In this document: positions 7,668-16,914 of the stretch, piece by piece | Layout of the letters: each line of letters opens with the position of its first letter | Position numbering within the stretch: the stretch's first letter is position 1 | Source: a virus | Lineage: Duplodnaviria > Heunggongvirae > Uroviricota > Caudoviricetes | Length of the DNA: 29,480 bases | IMG/VR virus record: IMGVR_UViG_2541047692_000014 | Direction: 5' to 3' (one strand) | Translations under genes and position numbers: made by a program | The notes under the pieces: generated by a model | The model's input: only the letters and a program-made list of their open reading frames with translations | Told to the model about the DNA's origin: nothing | Database searches by the model: none

Positions 7668-8702
7668 TCAGCCGTTGTCAGTGTCCAGTGAGTAGTTTTT
7701 AAAGCGGATGACCTCCTGACCAAGCCAGCCGTTTATCTCGCGGATCCTGTCCTGTAGCGGGATAAGCTCATTGCGGACAAAGACCTTTGCCACTTTCTCA
7801 ATATCTCCCAGTGACCCGACGTTCTCCGGCTTGCCGCCCATCAACTGAAAGGGGATGCGGTGCGCGTCCAGCAGGTCTGCGGCACTGGCTTTTTTGATAT
7901 TAAAAAAATCGTCCTTCGTTGCCACTTCACTGAGCGGGATAATTTTAATGCCGTCAGCTTTCCCCTGCGGGGCATAGAGAAACAGATTTTTAAAGTTGTT
8001 GCGGCCTTTCGACTTAACCATGTTTTCGCGAAGCATTTCGATATCGTTGCGATCCTGCACGGCATCGGTGACGTACATGATGTATCCGGCATGTGCGCCA
8101 TTTTCGTAATACTTGCGGCGGAACAGCGTAGCTGATTCATTCAGCCAGGCAGAGTTAAGGGCGCTGAGATATTCCGGCAGGCCGTACAGCTCCTGATTAA
8201 TATCCGGCTCCAGCAGGTGAAACACGGAGCCGGGCGCGAAAGGTGTCGGTTCGTTGAAGGACGGCACCCACCAGTAAACATCCTCCTCCACGCCACGGCG
8301 GGTATATTTGGCCGGTGAGGTTTCCAGTCTGATGACCTTACCGGTGGTGCTGTATCGCTTTTCCAGAAACGCATTACCGAACACCAGAAAATCCAGCACA
8401 AAGCGGCTGAAATCCTGCTGGGAAAGCCACGGATGCGGGATAAACGTTGAAGCCAGAATATTACGTTTGACGTAAATCGGTGAGCTGTGATGTACGGCAG
8501 CACGCAGGCTTTTTGCCAGACCGGTAAAGCTGACCGGTGGCTCATACCATCTGCCGTTACTGATGCACTCGACGTAATCCAGAATGTCACGGCGGTCGAG
8601 TACCGGCACCGGCTCACCAAAGGTGAATGCCTCTATTTTCGGGGCGCTGGCGGTCATTGTTTTCACCGCTGGCTGCGGTGTTTTCCCTTTTTTCTTGCTC
8701 AT
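7668..8702 (-). CDS. Q: Portal protein, 344 aa
   Basis: 344-aa ORF, the P2 gpQ length, adjacent to and overlapping (ATGA) the terminase large subunit gene and divergent from the capsid operon. Confidence 0.9.
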   Translation of the reverse strand: MSKKKGKTPQPAVKTMTASAPKIEAFTFGEPVPVLDRRDILDYVECISNGRWYEPPVSFTGLAKSLRAAVHHSSPIYVKRNILASTFIPHPWLSQQDFSRFVLDFLVFGNAFLEKRYSTTGKVIRLETSPAKYTRRGVEEDVYWWVPSFNEPTPFAPGSVFHLLEPDINQELYGLPEYLSALNSAWLNESATLFRRKYYENGAHAGYIMYVTDAVQDRNDIEMLRENMVKSKGRNNFKNLFLYAPQGKADGIKIIPLSEVATKDDFFNIKKASAADLLDAHRIPFQLMGGKPENVGSLGDIEKVAKVFVRNELIPLQDRIREINGWLGQEVIRFKNYSLDTDNG

Positions 8703-10474
8703 CAGTAAAACTCCAGAATGGTGGATGTCAGCGGGGTGCTGATACCGGCGGTGAGTGGCTCATTTAACAGGGCGTGCATGGTCGCCCAGGCGAGGTCGGC
8801 GTGGCTGGCTTCCTCGCTGCGGCTGGCCTCATAGGTGGCGCTGCGCCCGCTGCTGGTCATGGTCTTGCGGATAGCCATAAACGAGCTGGTGATGTCGGTG
8901 GCGCTGACGTCGTATTCCAGACAGCCACGGCGGATAACGTCTTTTGCCTTGAGCACCATTGCGGTTTTCATTTCCGGCGTGTAGCGGATATCACGCGCGG
9001 CGGGATAGAACGAGCGCACGAGCTGGAACACGCCGACACCGAGGCCGGTGGCATCAATTCCGATGTATTCGACGTTGTATTTTTCGGTGAGTTTGCGGAT
9101 GGATTCCGCCTGGGTGGCAAAGTCCATGCCTTTCCACTGGTGACGCTCAAGTATTCTGAATTTGCCACCGGCCACCACCGGCGGTGCCAGCACCACGCAT
9201 CCGGCACTGTCGCCACGGTGTGACGGGTCGTAACCAATCCATACCGGGCGGGAGCCAAACGGATTCGCGGCAAACGGCGCATAGTCTTCCCATTCTTCCA
9301 GCGTGTCGACCATGCAGCGTTGCAGCTCCTCGAACGGGAACACCGACGCCTTGTCGTCAACAAATTCACACATGAACAGGTTTTTAAAATCGTCGGCGCT
9401 GTTTTCGCGTTTGAGCTGCTCAATGTCGAACAGCGTGCAGCCGCCTTTCAGCGCGTCCTCAATGGTGACAATCTGTCGCCACTGGCCGTCCGCACAGAGA
9501 AGCCCACCGGCAAGGGCGTTATGACTGACGTCGATTTCCACGCGTTCGGCGGCGCTGGCGCGTCCCCGGTTAAACAGTTCACCCGACCAGAACGGGTAGG
9601 CGTCGTGCGCCAGCGTGGACGGGGTGGAGAAATAGGTCGAGCGCAGGTGACTCTGTGAGGCCATACCTGATGCCACCTTACGCAGTACCTGAAAATTCGG
9701 GATCCAGAAAATCTCGTCGACGTACAGGTCGCCGTTATGGCTCTGCGCGGTGTTGGAGTTGGTGCCGAGAAAAATCAGTTTTGCGCCGTTATTGCCCAGG
9801 ACAATCGGGTCACCGGTCAGGTCAACGTCAACCAGACGGGCAAAGGCGATGATGTATTCGCGGAACACATACGCCTGCGTTTTACTGGCCGACAGAAAAA
9901 TCTGGTTATGGCCGGTTTTCAGGGCGCGCAGCAGCGCCTCGCGGGAAAAATAAAACGTCGCGCCAATCTGGCGGGATTTCAGGATATCGCGGATGCGGTG
10001 CTCAAGCCCGGCGCGATACCAGTGCAACTGATAGTCGAAAGACTGCTCAAAGAAAATCTGCTCCAGCTTTTCGATGGCCTCGTCACTGAAAAAATTCTTT
10101 TTCGGTTTGCGCCGCCCGCCTTTGTTGCGGTTAGCGACGTTCGGATTAAGGTCTGCCTCGTTGCCGGTCTGACTGTAACGGTTGACCCGTGCCAGTCGTT
10201 CAATCTGGCGTCCCAGCAGGTCAATTTCCTTGAAGTCACCGCCGGTTTTCTGCGGTTTGATGATGAGCTGGGTCAGCCGCGCTTCCAGACTCATTTCGAC
10301 ACGGCTGATGGGGGCAACGCTGTCCCAGCCGTCGCGCTGTTTCCAGCTCTGCACCGTCGGGCGTTTCATCTGCAACATGGCGGCAATCTGCGGCACGGAA
10401 AACCCCTGCCAGTACAGCAGCGCCGCCTGACGACGCGGGTCGTGTAAAAGAGTGGTGTCTGTGGTGATGGTCAT
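8702..10474 (-). CDS. P: Terminase large subunit (ATPase/nuclease), 590 aa
   Basis: Start set at the ATG at 10474 (MTITTD...), which has an SD (GAGG) and gives the P2 gpP length of 590 aa; the ORF-track 600-aa form has a 10-codon upstream extension. Confidence 0.9.
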   Translation of the reverse strand: MTITTDTTLLHDPRRQAALLYWQGFSVPQIAAMLQMKRPTVQSWKQRDGWDSVAPISRVEMSLEARLTQLIIKPQKTGGDFKEIDLLGRQIERLARVNRYSQTGNEADLNPNVANRNKGGRRKPKKNFFSDEAIEKLEQIFFEQSFDYQLHWYRAGLEHRIRDILKSRQIGATFYFSREALLRALKTGHNQIFLSASKTQAYVFREYIIAFARLVDVDLTGDPIVLGNNGAKLIFLGTNSNTAQSHNGDLYVDEIFWIPNFQVLRKVASGMASQSHLRSTYFSTPSTLAHDAYPFWSGELFNRGRASAAERVEIDVSHNALAGGLLCADGQWRQIVTIEDALKGGCTLFDIEQLKRENSADDFKNLFMCEFVDDKASVFPFEELQRCMVDTLEEWEDYAPFAANPFGSRPVWIGYDPSHRGDSAGCVVLAPPVVAGGKFRILERHQWKGMDFATQAESIRKLTEKYNVEYIGIDATGLGVGVFQLVRSFYPAARDIRYTPEMKTAMVLKAKDVIRRGCLEYDVSATDITSSFMAIRKTMTSSGRSATYEASRSEEASHADLAWATMHALLNEPLTAGISTPLTSTILEFY

Positions 10475-10647
10475 GAATACCTCGCCGTGATGAATACACG
10501 GCAAGGCTACTGAGTCGCGCCCCGCGATTCGCTAAGGTGCTGTTGTGTCAGTGATAAGCCATCCGGGACTGATGGCGGAGGATGCGCATCGTCGGGAAAC
10601 TGATGCCGACATGTGACTCCTCTAATCACTATTCAGGACTCCTGACA
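10475..10647. promoter_or_regulatory. Intergenic region expected to hold divergent Ogr-dependent late promoters (PP leftward, PO rightward)
   Basis: Inference from P2 architecture: the only non-coding gap between the divergent P and O operons. I could not find a clean TGT-N12-ACA element by eye. Confidence 0.35.
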
Positions 10648-11502
10648 ATGGCAAAAAAAGTCTCAAAATTCTTTCGTATCGGCGTTGAGGGTGACACCTG
10701 TGACGGGCGTGTCATCAGTGCGCAGGATATTCAGGAAATGGCCGAAACCTTTGACCCGCGTGTCTATGGTTGTCGCATTAACCTGGAACATCTGCGCGGC
10801 ATCCTGCCTGACGGTATTTTTAAACGTTATGGCGATGTGGCCGAACTGAAGGCCGAAAAGATTGACGACGATTCGGCGCTGAAAGGCAAATGGGCGCTGT
10901 TTGCGAAAATCACCCCGACCGATGACCTTATCGCGATGAACAAGGCCGCGCAGAAGGTCTATACCTCAATGGAAATTCAGCCGAATTTTGCCAACACCGG
11001 CAAATGTTATCTGGTGGGGCTGGCCGTCACCGATGACCCGGCAAGCCTCGGCACGGAATACCTGGAATTCTGCCGCACGGCAAAACACAACCCCCTGAAC
11101 CGCTTCAAATTAAGCCCTGAAAACCTGATTTCAGTGGCAACGCCCGTTGAGCTGGAATTTGAAGACCTGCCTGAAACCGTGTTCACCGCCCTGACCGAAA
11201 AGGTGAAATCCATTTTTGGCCGCAAACAGGCCAGCGATGACGCCCGTCTGAATGACGTGCATGAAGCAGTGACCGCTGTTGCTGAACATGTGCAGGAAAA
11301 ACTGAGCGCCACTGAGCAGCGCCTCGCTGAGATGGAAACCGCCTTTTCTGCACTTAAGCAGGAGGTGACTGACAGGGCGGATGAAACCAGCCAGGCATTC
11401 AGCCGCCTGAAAAACAGCCTCGACCACACCGAAAGTCTGACCCAGCAGCGCCGCAGCAAGGCCACCGGCGGTGGCGGTGACGCCCTGATGACGAACTGCT
11501 GA
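10648..11502 (+). CDS. O: Capsid scaffolding protein, 284 aa
   Basis: Start at the ATG at 10648 (MAKKVSKFF...) gives 284 aa, the P2 gpO length; the coiled-coil-like C-terminus (LSATEQRLAEMETAFSALKQEV) is typical of scaffolds. It sits immediately upstream of the major capsid gene. Confidence 0.88.
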   Translation: MAKKVSKFFRIGVEGDTCDGRVISAQDIQEMAETFDPRVYGCRINLEHLRGILPDGIFKRYGDVAELKAEKIDDDSALKGKWALFAKITPTDDLIAMNKAAQKVYTSMEIQPNFANTGKCYLVGLAVTDDPASLGTEYLEFCRTAKHNPLNRFKLSPENLISVATPVELEFEDLPETVFTALTEKVKSIFGRKQASDDARLNDVHEAVTAVAEHVQEKLSATEQRLAEMETAFSALKQEVTDRADETSQAFSRLKNSLDHTESLTQQRRSKATGGGGDALMTNC

Positions 11503-11560
11503 CCGGCGTCAGTCAGTCCGGGAAAACCTTCACGATTAACCCTTAATTTCAGGAAAAACT

Positions 11561-12634
11561 ATGCGCCAGGAAACCCGCTTTAAATTTAATGCCTACCTGT
11601 CCCGTGTTGCCGAACTGAACGGCATCGACGCCGGTGATGTGTCGAAAAAATTCACCGTTGAACCGTCGGTCACCCAGACCCTGATGAACACCATGCAGGA
11701 GTCCTCTGATTTTCTGACCCGCATCAACATTGTGCCGGTCAGCGAAATGAAAGGGGAAAAAATTGGTATCGGTGTCACCGGCTCCATCGCCAGCACCACC
11801 GACACCGCCGGTGGCACAGAGCGTCAGCCGAAGGACTTCTCGAAGCTGGCGTCTAACAAGTACGAATGCGACCAGATTAACTTCGATTTTTATATCCGCT
11901 ACAAAACGCTTGACCTGTGGGCGCGTTATCAGGATTTCCAGCTCCGTGTCCGTAACGCCATTATCAAACGTCAGTCCCTTGATTTCATCATGGCCGGTTT
12001 TAACGGCGTGAAGCGTGCCGAAACCTCTGACCGCAGCAGTAACCCGATGCTGCAGGATGTGGCGGTCGGCTGGCTGCAGAAATACCGCAATGAAGCCCCG
12101 GCGCGCGTGATGAGCAAGGTTACTGACGAGGAAGGTCACACGACCTCTGAGGTCATCCGCGTGGGTAAGGGCGGTGATTATGCCAGCCTCGATGCACTGG
12201 TGATGGATGCGACCAACAACCTGATTGAGCCGTGGTATCAGGAAGACCCTGACCTTGTGGTGATTGTGGGGCGTCAGCTACTGGCGGACAAGTATTTCCC
12301 CATCGTCAACAAGGAGCAGGACAACAGCGAGATGCTGGCCGCTGACGTCATCATCAGCCAGAAACGCATCGGCAACCTGCCGGCGGTACGCGTCCCGTAC
12401 TTCCCGGCGGATGCGATGCTCATCACAAAGCTGGAAAACCTGTCCATCTACTACATGGATGACAGCCATCGCCGCGTGATTGTGGAAAACCCGAAACTCG
12501 ACCGCGTGGAGAACTACGAGTCAATGAACATTGATTACGTGGTGGAAGACTACGCCGCCGGTTGTCTGGTGGAAAAAATTAAGGTCGGTGATTTCTCCAC
12601 ACCGGCTAAGGCGACCGCAGAGCCGGGAGCGTAA
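11561..12634 (+). CDS. N: Major capsid protein, 357 aa
   Basis: 357-aa ORF with a strong SD (AGGAAAAACT-ATG), between the scaffold and terminase small subunit genes; length equals P2 gpN. Confidence 0.92.
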   Translation: MRQETRFKFNAYLSRVAELNGIDAGDVSKKFTVEPSVTQTLMNTMQESSDFLTRINIVPVSEMKGEKIGIGVTGSIASTTDTAGGTERQPKDFSKLASNKYECDQINFDFYIRYKTLDLWARYQDFQLRVRNAIIKRQSLDFIMAGFNGVKRAETSDRSSNPMLQDVAVGWLQKYRNEAPARVMSKVTDEEGHTTSEVIRVGKGGDYASLDALVMDATNNLIEPWYQEDPDLVVIVGRQLLADKYFPIVNKEQDNSEMLAADVIISQKRIGNLPAVRVPYFPADAMLITKLENLSIYYMDDSHRRVIVENPKLDRVENYESMNIDYVVEDYAAGCLVEKIKVGDFSTPAKATAEPGA

Positions 12635-12637
12635 CCG

Positions 12638-13381
12638 ATGACGAGTCCCGCACAGCGCCACATGATGCGGGTCTCGGCAGCGATGACCGCGCAGCGGGAA
12701 GCCGCCCCGCTGCGACATGCAACTGTCTATGAGCAGATGCTGGTCAAGCTGGCCGCAGACCAGCGCACACTGAAAGCAATTTATTCAAAAGAGCTGAAGG
12801 CCGCGAAAAAACGCGAACTGCTGCCGTTCTGGTTGCCGTGGGTGAACGGCGTGCTGGAGCAGGGCAAAGGCGCACAGGATGACATTCTGATGACGGTCAT
12901 GCTGTGGCGTCTGGATACCGGCGATATTGCCGGTGCGCTGGAGATTGCCCGTTATGCCCTGAAGTACGGTCTGACCATGCCGGGTAAACACCGCCGTACC
13001 CCGCCGTACATGTTCACCGAGGAGGTGGCGCTTGCGGCCATGCGTGCTCACGCTGCCGGTGAGTCTGTGGAACCCCGCCTGCTGACGGACACCCTTGAAC
13101 TGACCGCCACGGCTGACATGCCTGATGAAGTGCGCGCAAAGCTGCACAAAATCACCGGTCTGTTTCTGCGTGACGCTGGTGATGCCGCAGGGGCGCTGGC
13201 TCACCTGCAACGTGCGACACAGCTCGACTGTCAGGCAGGCGTCAAAAAAGAGATTGAACGACTGGAGCGGGAGCTGAAACCGAAGCCGGAGCCGCAGCCA
13301 AAAGCGGCCACTCGTACCCCGCGCAAGACCCGGAGCGTGACACCGGCAAAACGTGGACGCCCGAAAAAGAAAGCCAGTTAA
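12638..13381 (+). CDS. M: Terminase small subunit (endonuclease subunit), 247 aa
   Basis: 247-aa ORF, the P2 gpM length, with a basic C-terminal tail (KPKPEPQPKAATRTPRKTRSVTPAKRGRPKKKAS). Confidence 0.9.
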   Translation: MTSPAQRHMMRVSAAMTAQREAAPLRHATVYEQMLVKLAADQRTLKAIYSKELKAAKKRELLPFWLPWVNGVLEQGKGAQDDILMTVMLWRLDTGDIAGALEIARYALKYGLTMPGKHRRTPPYMFTEEVALAAMRAHAAGESVEPRLLTDTLELTATADMPDEVRAKLHKITGLFLRDAGDAAGALAHLQRATQLDCQAGVKKEIERLERELKPKPEPQPKAATRTPRKTRSVTPAKRGRPKKKAS

Positions 13382-13480
13382 CAACCGAATGCGCCCCGCG
13401 CCAGGGCGGCACGCCGGTCAGTGAGGGTGAATCACCTGACACTGCACCGGCGTCCACCGCCCGACTTTTCAGAGGTAGTC

Positions 13481-13990
13481 ATGATGACGCTGATTATTCC
13501 GCGAAAGGAGGCTCCCGTGTCCGGTGAGGGTACGGTGGTCATCCCGCAACCGGCAGGCGACGAGCCGGTGATTAAAAACACGTTCTTTTTTCCCGATATC
13601 GACCCGAAGCGCGTCCGGGAACGTATGCGCCTTGAGCAGACCGTCGCTCCCGCCCGTCTGCGTGAGGCCATCAAGTCAGGCATGGCGGAGACGAATGCGG
13701 AGCTGTACGAGTACCGCGAACAGAAAATTGCCGCCGGTTTTACGCGTCTGGCGGACGTCCCGGCGGACGACATCGACGGTGAAAGCATCAAAGTTTTTTA
13801 CTACGAGCGCGCCGTGTGTGCGATGGCGACCGCATCGCTTTATGAGCGTTATCGCGGCGTGGATGCCAGTGCCAAAGGCGACAAGAAGGCCGACAGCATT
13901 GACAGCACCATTGATGAGCTGTGGCGGGATATGCGCTGGGCAGTGGCGCGAATCCAGGACAAGCCGCGCTGCATTGTGAGTCAAATCTGA
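13481..13990 (+). CDS. L: Head completion/stabilisation protein, 169 aa
   Basis: Start at the second ATG of the ATGATG pair (13478/13481) gives 169 aa, the P2 gpL length; ATGA overlap with X at the 3' end. Confidence 0.88.
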   Translation: MMTLIIPRKEAPVSGEGTVVIPQPAGDEPVIKNTFFFPDIDPKRVRERMRLEQTVAPARLREAIKSGMAETNAELYEYREQKIAAGFTRLADVPADDIDGESIKVFYYERAVCAMATASLYERYRGVDASAKGDKKADSIDSTIDELWRDMRWAVARIQDKPRCIVSQI

Positions 13991-14193
13991 TGAAGACCTT
14001 TGCGCTACAGGGCGACACGCTCGACGCCATCTGTGTCCGGTATTACGGGCGCACTGAGGGCGTGGTCGAGGCCGTGCTCGCCGCAAATCCGGGACTGGCT
14101 GAACTGGGTGCGGTGCTGCCGCACGGCACCGCCGTCGAACTGCCCGACGTTCAGACCGCGCCCGTGGCTGAAACTGTCAATCTGTGGGAGTAA
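13990..14193 (+). CDS. X: Tail protein X (LysM-like small protein), 67 aa
   Basis: Start at the ATG overlapping the L stop gives 67 aa, the P2 gpX length (MKTFALQGDTLDAICVRYYGRTEG...). Confidence 0.88.
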   Translation: MKTFALQGDTLDAICVRYYGRTEGVVEAVLAANPGLAELGAVLPHGTAVELPDVQTAPVAETVNLWE

Positions 14194-14196
14194 CGC

Positions 14197-14478
14197 ATGA
14201 CAGCAGAAGAAAAAAGCGTCCTGTCGCTTTTCATGATTGGGGTGCTGATTGTTGTCGGCAAGGTGCTTGCCGGTGGTGAACCCATCACCCCGCGTCTGTT
14301 TATCGGGCGCATGTTGCTCGGTGGTTTTGTCTCGATGGTTGCCGGTGTTGTTCTGGTGCAGTTTCCTGACCTGTCACTGCCTGCGGTGTGCGGCATCGGC
14401 TCCATGCTGGGTATCGCCGGCTATCAGGTGATTGAGATTGCCATTCAGCGCCGTTTTAAGGGCAGGGGGAAACCGTAA
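14197..14478 (+). CDS. Y: Holin, 93 aa
   Basis: 93-aa ORF with hydrophobic transmembrane segments and a charged C-terminus (RRFKGRGKP), directly upstream of the endolysin gene. Confidence 0.9.
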   Translation: MTAEEKSVLSLFMIGVLIVVGKVLAGGEPITPRLFIGRMLLGGFVSMVAGVVLVQFPDLSLPAVCGIGSMLGIAGYQVIEIAIQRRFKGRGKP

Positions 14479-14975
14479 TGCCGGTAATTAACACGCATCA
14501 GAATATCGCCGCCTTTCTCGACATGCTGGCCGTGTCCGAAGGGACGGCGAATCATCCGCTGACGAAAAACCGGGGCTATGACGTGATAGTCACCGGACTG
14601 GACGGAAAGCCGGAAATTTTCACCGACTACAGTGACCACCCGTTCGCACATGGCCGACCAGCGAAGGTGTTTAACCGTCGCGGTGAAAAATCCACGGCCT
14701 CCGGTCGCTATCAGCAGCTTTACCTGTTCTGGCCGCACTACCGTAAACAGCTTGCCCTGCCTGATTTCAGTCCGTTGTCACAGGACAGACTCGCCATTCA
14801 GTTGATCCGCGAACGCGGTGCACTGGATGACATCCGGGCGGGACGCATTGAGCGCGCCATTTCACGCTGTCGCAATATCTGGGCGTCCCTGCCGGGTGCC
14901 GGTTACGGTCAGCGTGAGCATTCACTGGAAAAACTGGTCACCGTCTGGCGTACCGCTGGCGGCCTACCGGCTTAA
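14478..14975 (+). CDS. K: Endolysin (lysozyme-family muramidase), 165 aa
   Basis: 165-aa ORF following the holin, the P2 gpK length; the function follows from the conserved P2 lysis cassette order. Confidence 0.9.
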   Translation: MPVINTHQNIAAFLDMLAVSEGTANHPLTKNRGYDVIVTGLDGKPEIFTDYSDHPFAHGRPAKVFNRRGEKSTASGRYQQLYLFWPHYRKQLALPDFSPLSQDRLAIQLIRERGALDDIRAGRIERAISRCRNIWASLPGAGYGQREHSLEKLVTVWRTAGGLPA

Positions 14976-14989
14976 ACGGAGTCAACACC

Positions 14990-15415
14990 ATGAAGAAATT
15001 ATCCCTTTCACTGATGCTGAACGTGTCGCTGGCGCTGATGCTGGCACTGTCCCTGATTTACCCGCAGAGCGTGGCCGTCAGTTTTGTCGCTGCCTGGGCG
15101 ATTCTGGCGACGGTTATCTGTGTGGTTGCCGGTGGTGTCGGCGTGTATGCCACTGAGTATGTGCTGGAACGCTACGGGCGGGAGCTGCCGCCGGAATCGC
15201 TGGCCGTGAAGATTGTCACGTCGCTGTTTTTGCAGCCGGTGCCGTGGCGCAGGCGGGCAGCGGCTCTGGTGGTGATGGTGGCGACGTTTATCTCGCTGGT
15301 CGCTGCCGGGTGGATTTTTACCGCGCTGATTTACCTCGTGGTGTCGGTGTTCTTCCGGCTGATACGTACGGCCTGTCGTCAGCGTTTTGAGGGGCGGGAA
15401 CCATGTCAAAGCTGA
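14990..15415 (+). CDS. lysA: Lysis timing/regulatory membrane protein LysA, 141 aa
   Basis: Strongly hydrophobic multi-transmembrane ORF of 141 aa between the endolysin and spanin genes. Confidence 0.85.
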   Translation: MKKLSLSLMLNVSLALMLALSLIYPQSVAVSFVAAWAILATVICVVAGGVGVYATEYVLERYGRELPPESLAVKIVTSLFLQPVPWRRRAAALVVMVATFISLVAAGWIFTALIYLVVSVFFRLIRTACRQRFEGREPCQS

Positions 15416-15828
15416 TGATTGTGCTGGTCGTGTTGTTATCGCTGGCGGTGGCGGGGCTGTTTCTGGCGAAGCATGAAAACGCCAGCCTGCGCGCCTCGCT
15501 GGACAGGGCGAACAACGTCGCCAGCGGGCAGCAGACGACCATCACCATGCTGAAAAATCAGCTTCATGTTGCCCTCACCAGAGCAGACAAAAACGAGCTG
15601 GCGCAGGTGGCACTGCGTCAGGAACTGGAGAACGCCGCGAAGCGTGAAGCACAGCGCGAGAAAACCATCACGAGGTTACTCAATGAAAACGAAGATTTTC
15701 GCCGCTGGTACGGCGCTGACCTGCCTGATGCTGTGCGCCGGTTGCACCAGCGCCCGGCCTGCACCGACGCCAGTGATTGTCGTCAACGCCTGCCCGAAAG
15801 TGAGCCTTTGCCCGATGCCGGGCAGTGA
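15403..15828 (+). CDS. lysB: Inner-membrane spanin subunit (Rz-like) LysB, 141 aa
   Basis: N-terminal transmembrane segment followed by a charged, coiled-coil-like periplasmic domain; overlaps the lysA 3' end. Confidence 0.85.
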   Translation: MSKLMIVLVVLLSLAVAGLFLAKHENASLRASLDRANNVASGQQTTITMLKNQLHVALTRADKNELAQVALRQELENAAKREAQREKTITRLLNENEDFRRWYGADLPDAVRRLHQRPACTDASDCRQRLPESEPLPDAGQ

Positions 15829-15973
15829 CCCGCAGACGAACGGCGATTTAAGTGCTGATATCCGGCAGCTTGAGAACGCGCTGGCACGCTGTGCCAGCCA
15901 GGTAAAAATGATTAAACACTGTCAGGACGAAAACGATGCTCAAACCCGACAGCCTGCGCAGGGCGCTGACTGA
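15683..15973 (+). CDS. lysC: Outer-membrane lipoprotein spanin subunit (Rz1-like) LysC, 96 aa, starting inside lysB in the +1 frame
   Basis: Internal ATG at 15683 gives MKTKIFAAGTALTCLMLCAGCTS...: a signal peptide with lipobox (LCAGC), a proline-rich segment and several Cys. It starts within lysB and runs past its stop into R. Confidence 0.8.
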   Translation: MKTKIFAAGTALTCLMLCAGCTSARPAPTPVIVVNACPKVSLCPMPGSDPQTNGDLSADIRQLENALARCASQVKMIKHCQDENDAQTRQPAQGAD

Positions 15974-16403
15974 TGCCGTCACGGTGCTGAAAACCAGTCC
16001 AGAGATGCTTCGGATATTCGTGGATAACGGGAGTATTGCCTCCACACTGGCGGCGTCGTTGTCATTCGAAAAGCGTTACACGCTCAATGTCATTGTGACC
16101 GACTTTACCGGTGATTTTGACCTGCTCATCGTGCCGGTGCTGGCGTGGCTGCGGGAAAATCAGCCCGACATCATGACCACCGACGCAGGCCAGAAAAAGG
16201 GCTTCACGTTTTATGCAGACATCAACAATGACAGCAGCTTTGATATCAGCATCAGCCTGATGCTGACCGAGCGCACGCTGGTCAGTGAGGTGGACGGCGC
16301 ACTGCATGTGAAGAATATTCCGGAACCCCCGCCGCCGGAGCCGGTCACCCGCCCGATGGAGCTGTATATCAATGGCGAACTGGTGAGCAAGTGGGATGAA
16401 TGA
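15936..16403 (+). CDS. R: Tail completion protein R, 155 aa
   Basis: 155-aa ORF at the P2 gpR position and length, overlapping the lysC 3' end. Confidence 0.88.
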   Translation: MLKPDSLRRALTDAVTVLKTSPEMLRIFVDNGSIASTLAASLSFEKRYTLNVIVTDFTGDFDLLIVPVLAWLRENQPDIMTTDAGQKKGFTFYADINNDSSFDISISLMLTERTLVSEVDGALHVKNIPEPPPPEPVTRPMELYINGELVSKWDE

Positions 16404-16848
16404 GTTTAAGCGTTTTGAAGACCGGCTGACAGGACTTATTGAATCGCTGTCACCGTCAGGGCGTCGGCGACTGAGCGCCGAACTGGCGAAACGTCTGCGG
16501 CAGAGTCAGCAGCGCCGGGTGATGGCACAGAAAGCCCCGGACGGCACACCCTACGCACCACGCCAGCAGCAGAGCGCCAGAAAAAAGACCGGTCGCGTTA
16601 AGCGAAAAATGTTTGTGAAACTTATCACCAGTCGTTTTTTGCATATCCGCGCCAGCCCGGAACAGGCATCAATGGAGTTTTACGGCGGAAAGTCACCGAA
16701 AATCGCCAGTGTGCATCAGTTCGGTCTGTCGGAAGAAAACCGGAAAGACGGTAAGAAAATTGATTATCCGGCGCGTCCCCTGCTCGGCTTTACCGGTGAG
16801 GATGTGCAGATGATTGAAGAGATTATTCTGGCGCACCTCGACCGTTAG
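16396..16848 (+). CDS. S: Tail completion protein S, 150 aa
   Basis: 150-aa ORF at the P2 gpS position and length, overlapping the R 3' end. Confidence 0.88.
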   Translation: MNEFKRFEDRLTGLIESLSPSGRRRLSAELAKRLRQSQQRRVMAQKAPDGTPYAPRQQQSARKKTGRVKRKMFVKLITSRFLHIRASPEQASMEFYGGKSPKIASVHQFGLSEENRKDGKKIDYPARPLLGFTGEDVQMIEEIILAHLDR

Positions 16849-16879
16849 TTGTGCCATTCCCGACACCTCATCGTCACAT

Positions 16880-16903
16880 TGCCGCCGGTATGACCCGGCG
16901 GCA
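16880..16903 (+). other. Perfect 9-bp stem / 6-nt loop hairpin in the S-V intergenic region (possible terminator or attenuator of the upstream operon, or 5' UTR structure of V)
   Basis: TGCCGCCGG-TATGAC-CCGGCGGCA at 16880-16903, 12 nt upstream of the V start codon; no canonical U-tract follows. A partial Ogr-box-like TGT-N12-ACC lies at 16850-16867. Confidence 0.4.
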
Positions 16904-16914
16904 TCCTTCCCGTT

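Noticed and set aside
8141-8620. 159-aa minus-strand ORF in an alternative frame
   Set aside because: Out-of-frame overlap within portal gene Q; Cys/Trp/Arg-rich translation typical of an off-frame artefact.
9737-10447. 236-aa plus-strand ORF
   Set aside because: Antisense to the terminase large subunit gene P, which has strong length and position support.
11549-12139. 196-aa minus-strand ORF
   Set aside because: Antisense to the major capsid gene N.
12785-13384. 199-aa minus-strand ORF
   Set aside because: Antisense to the terminase small subunit gene M.
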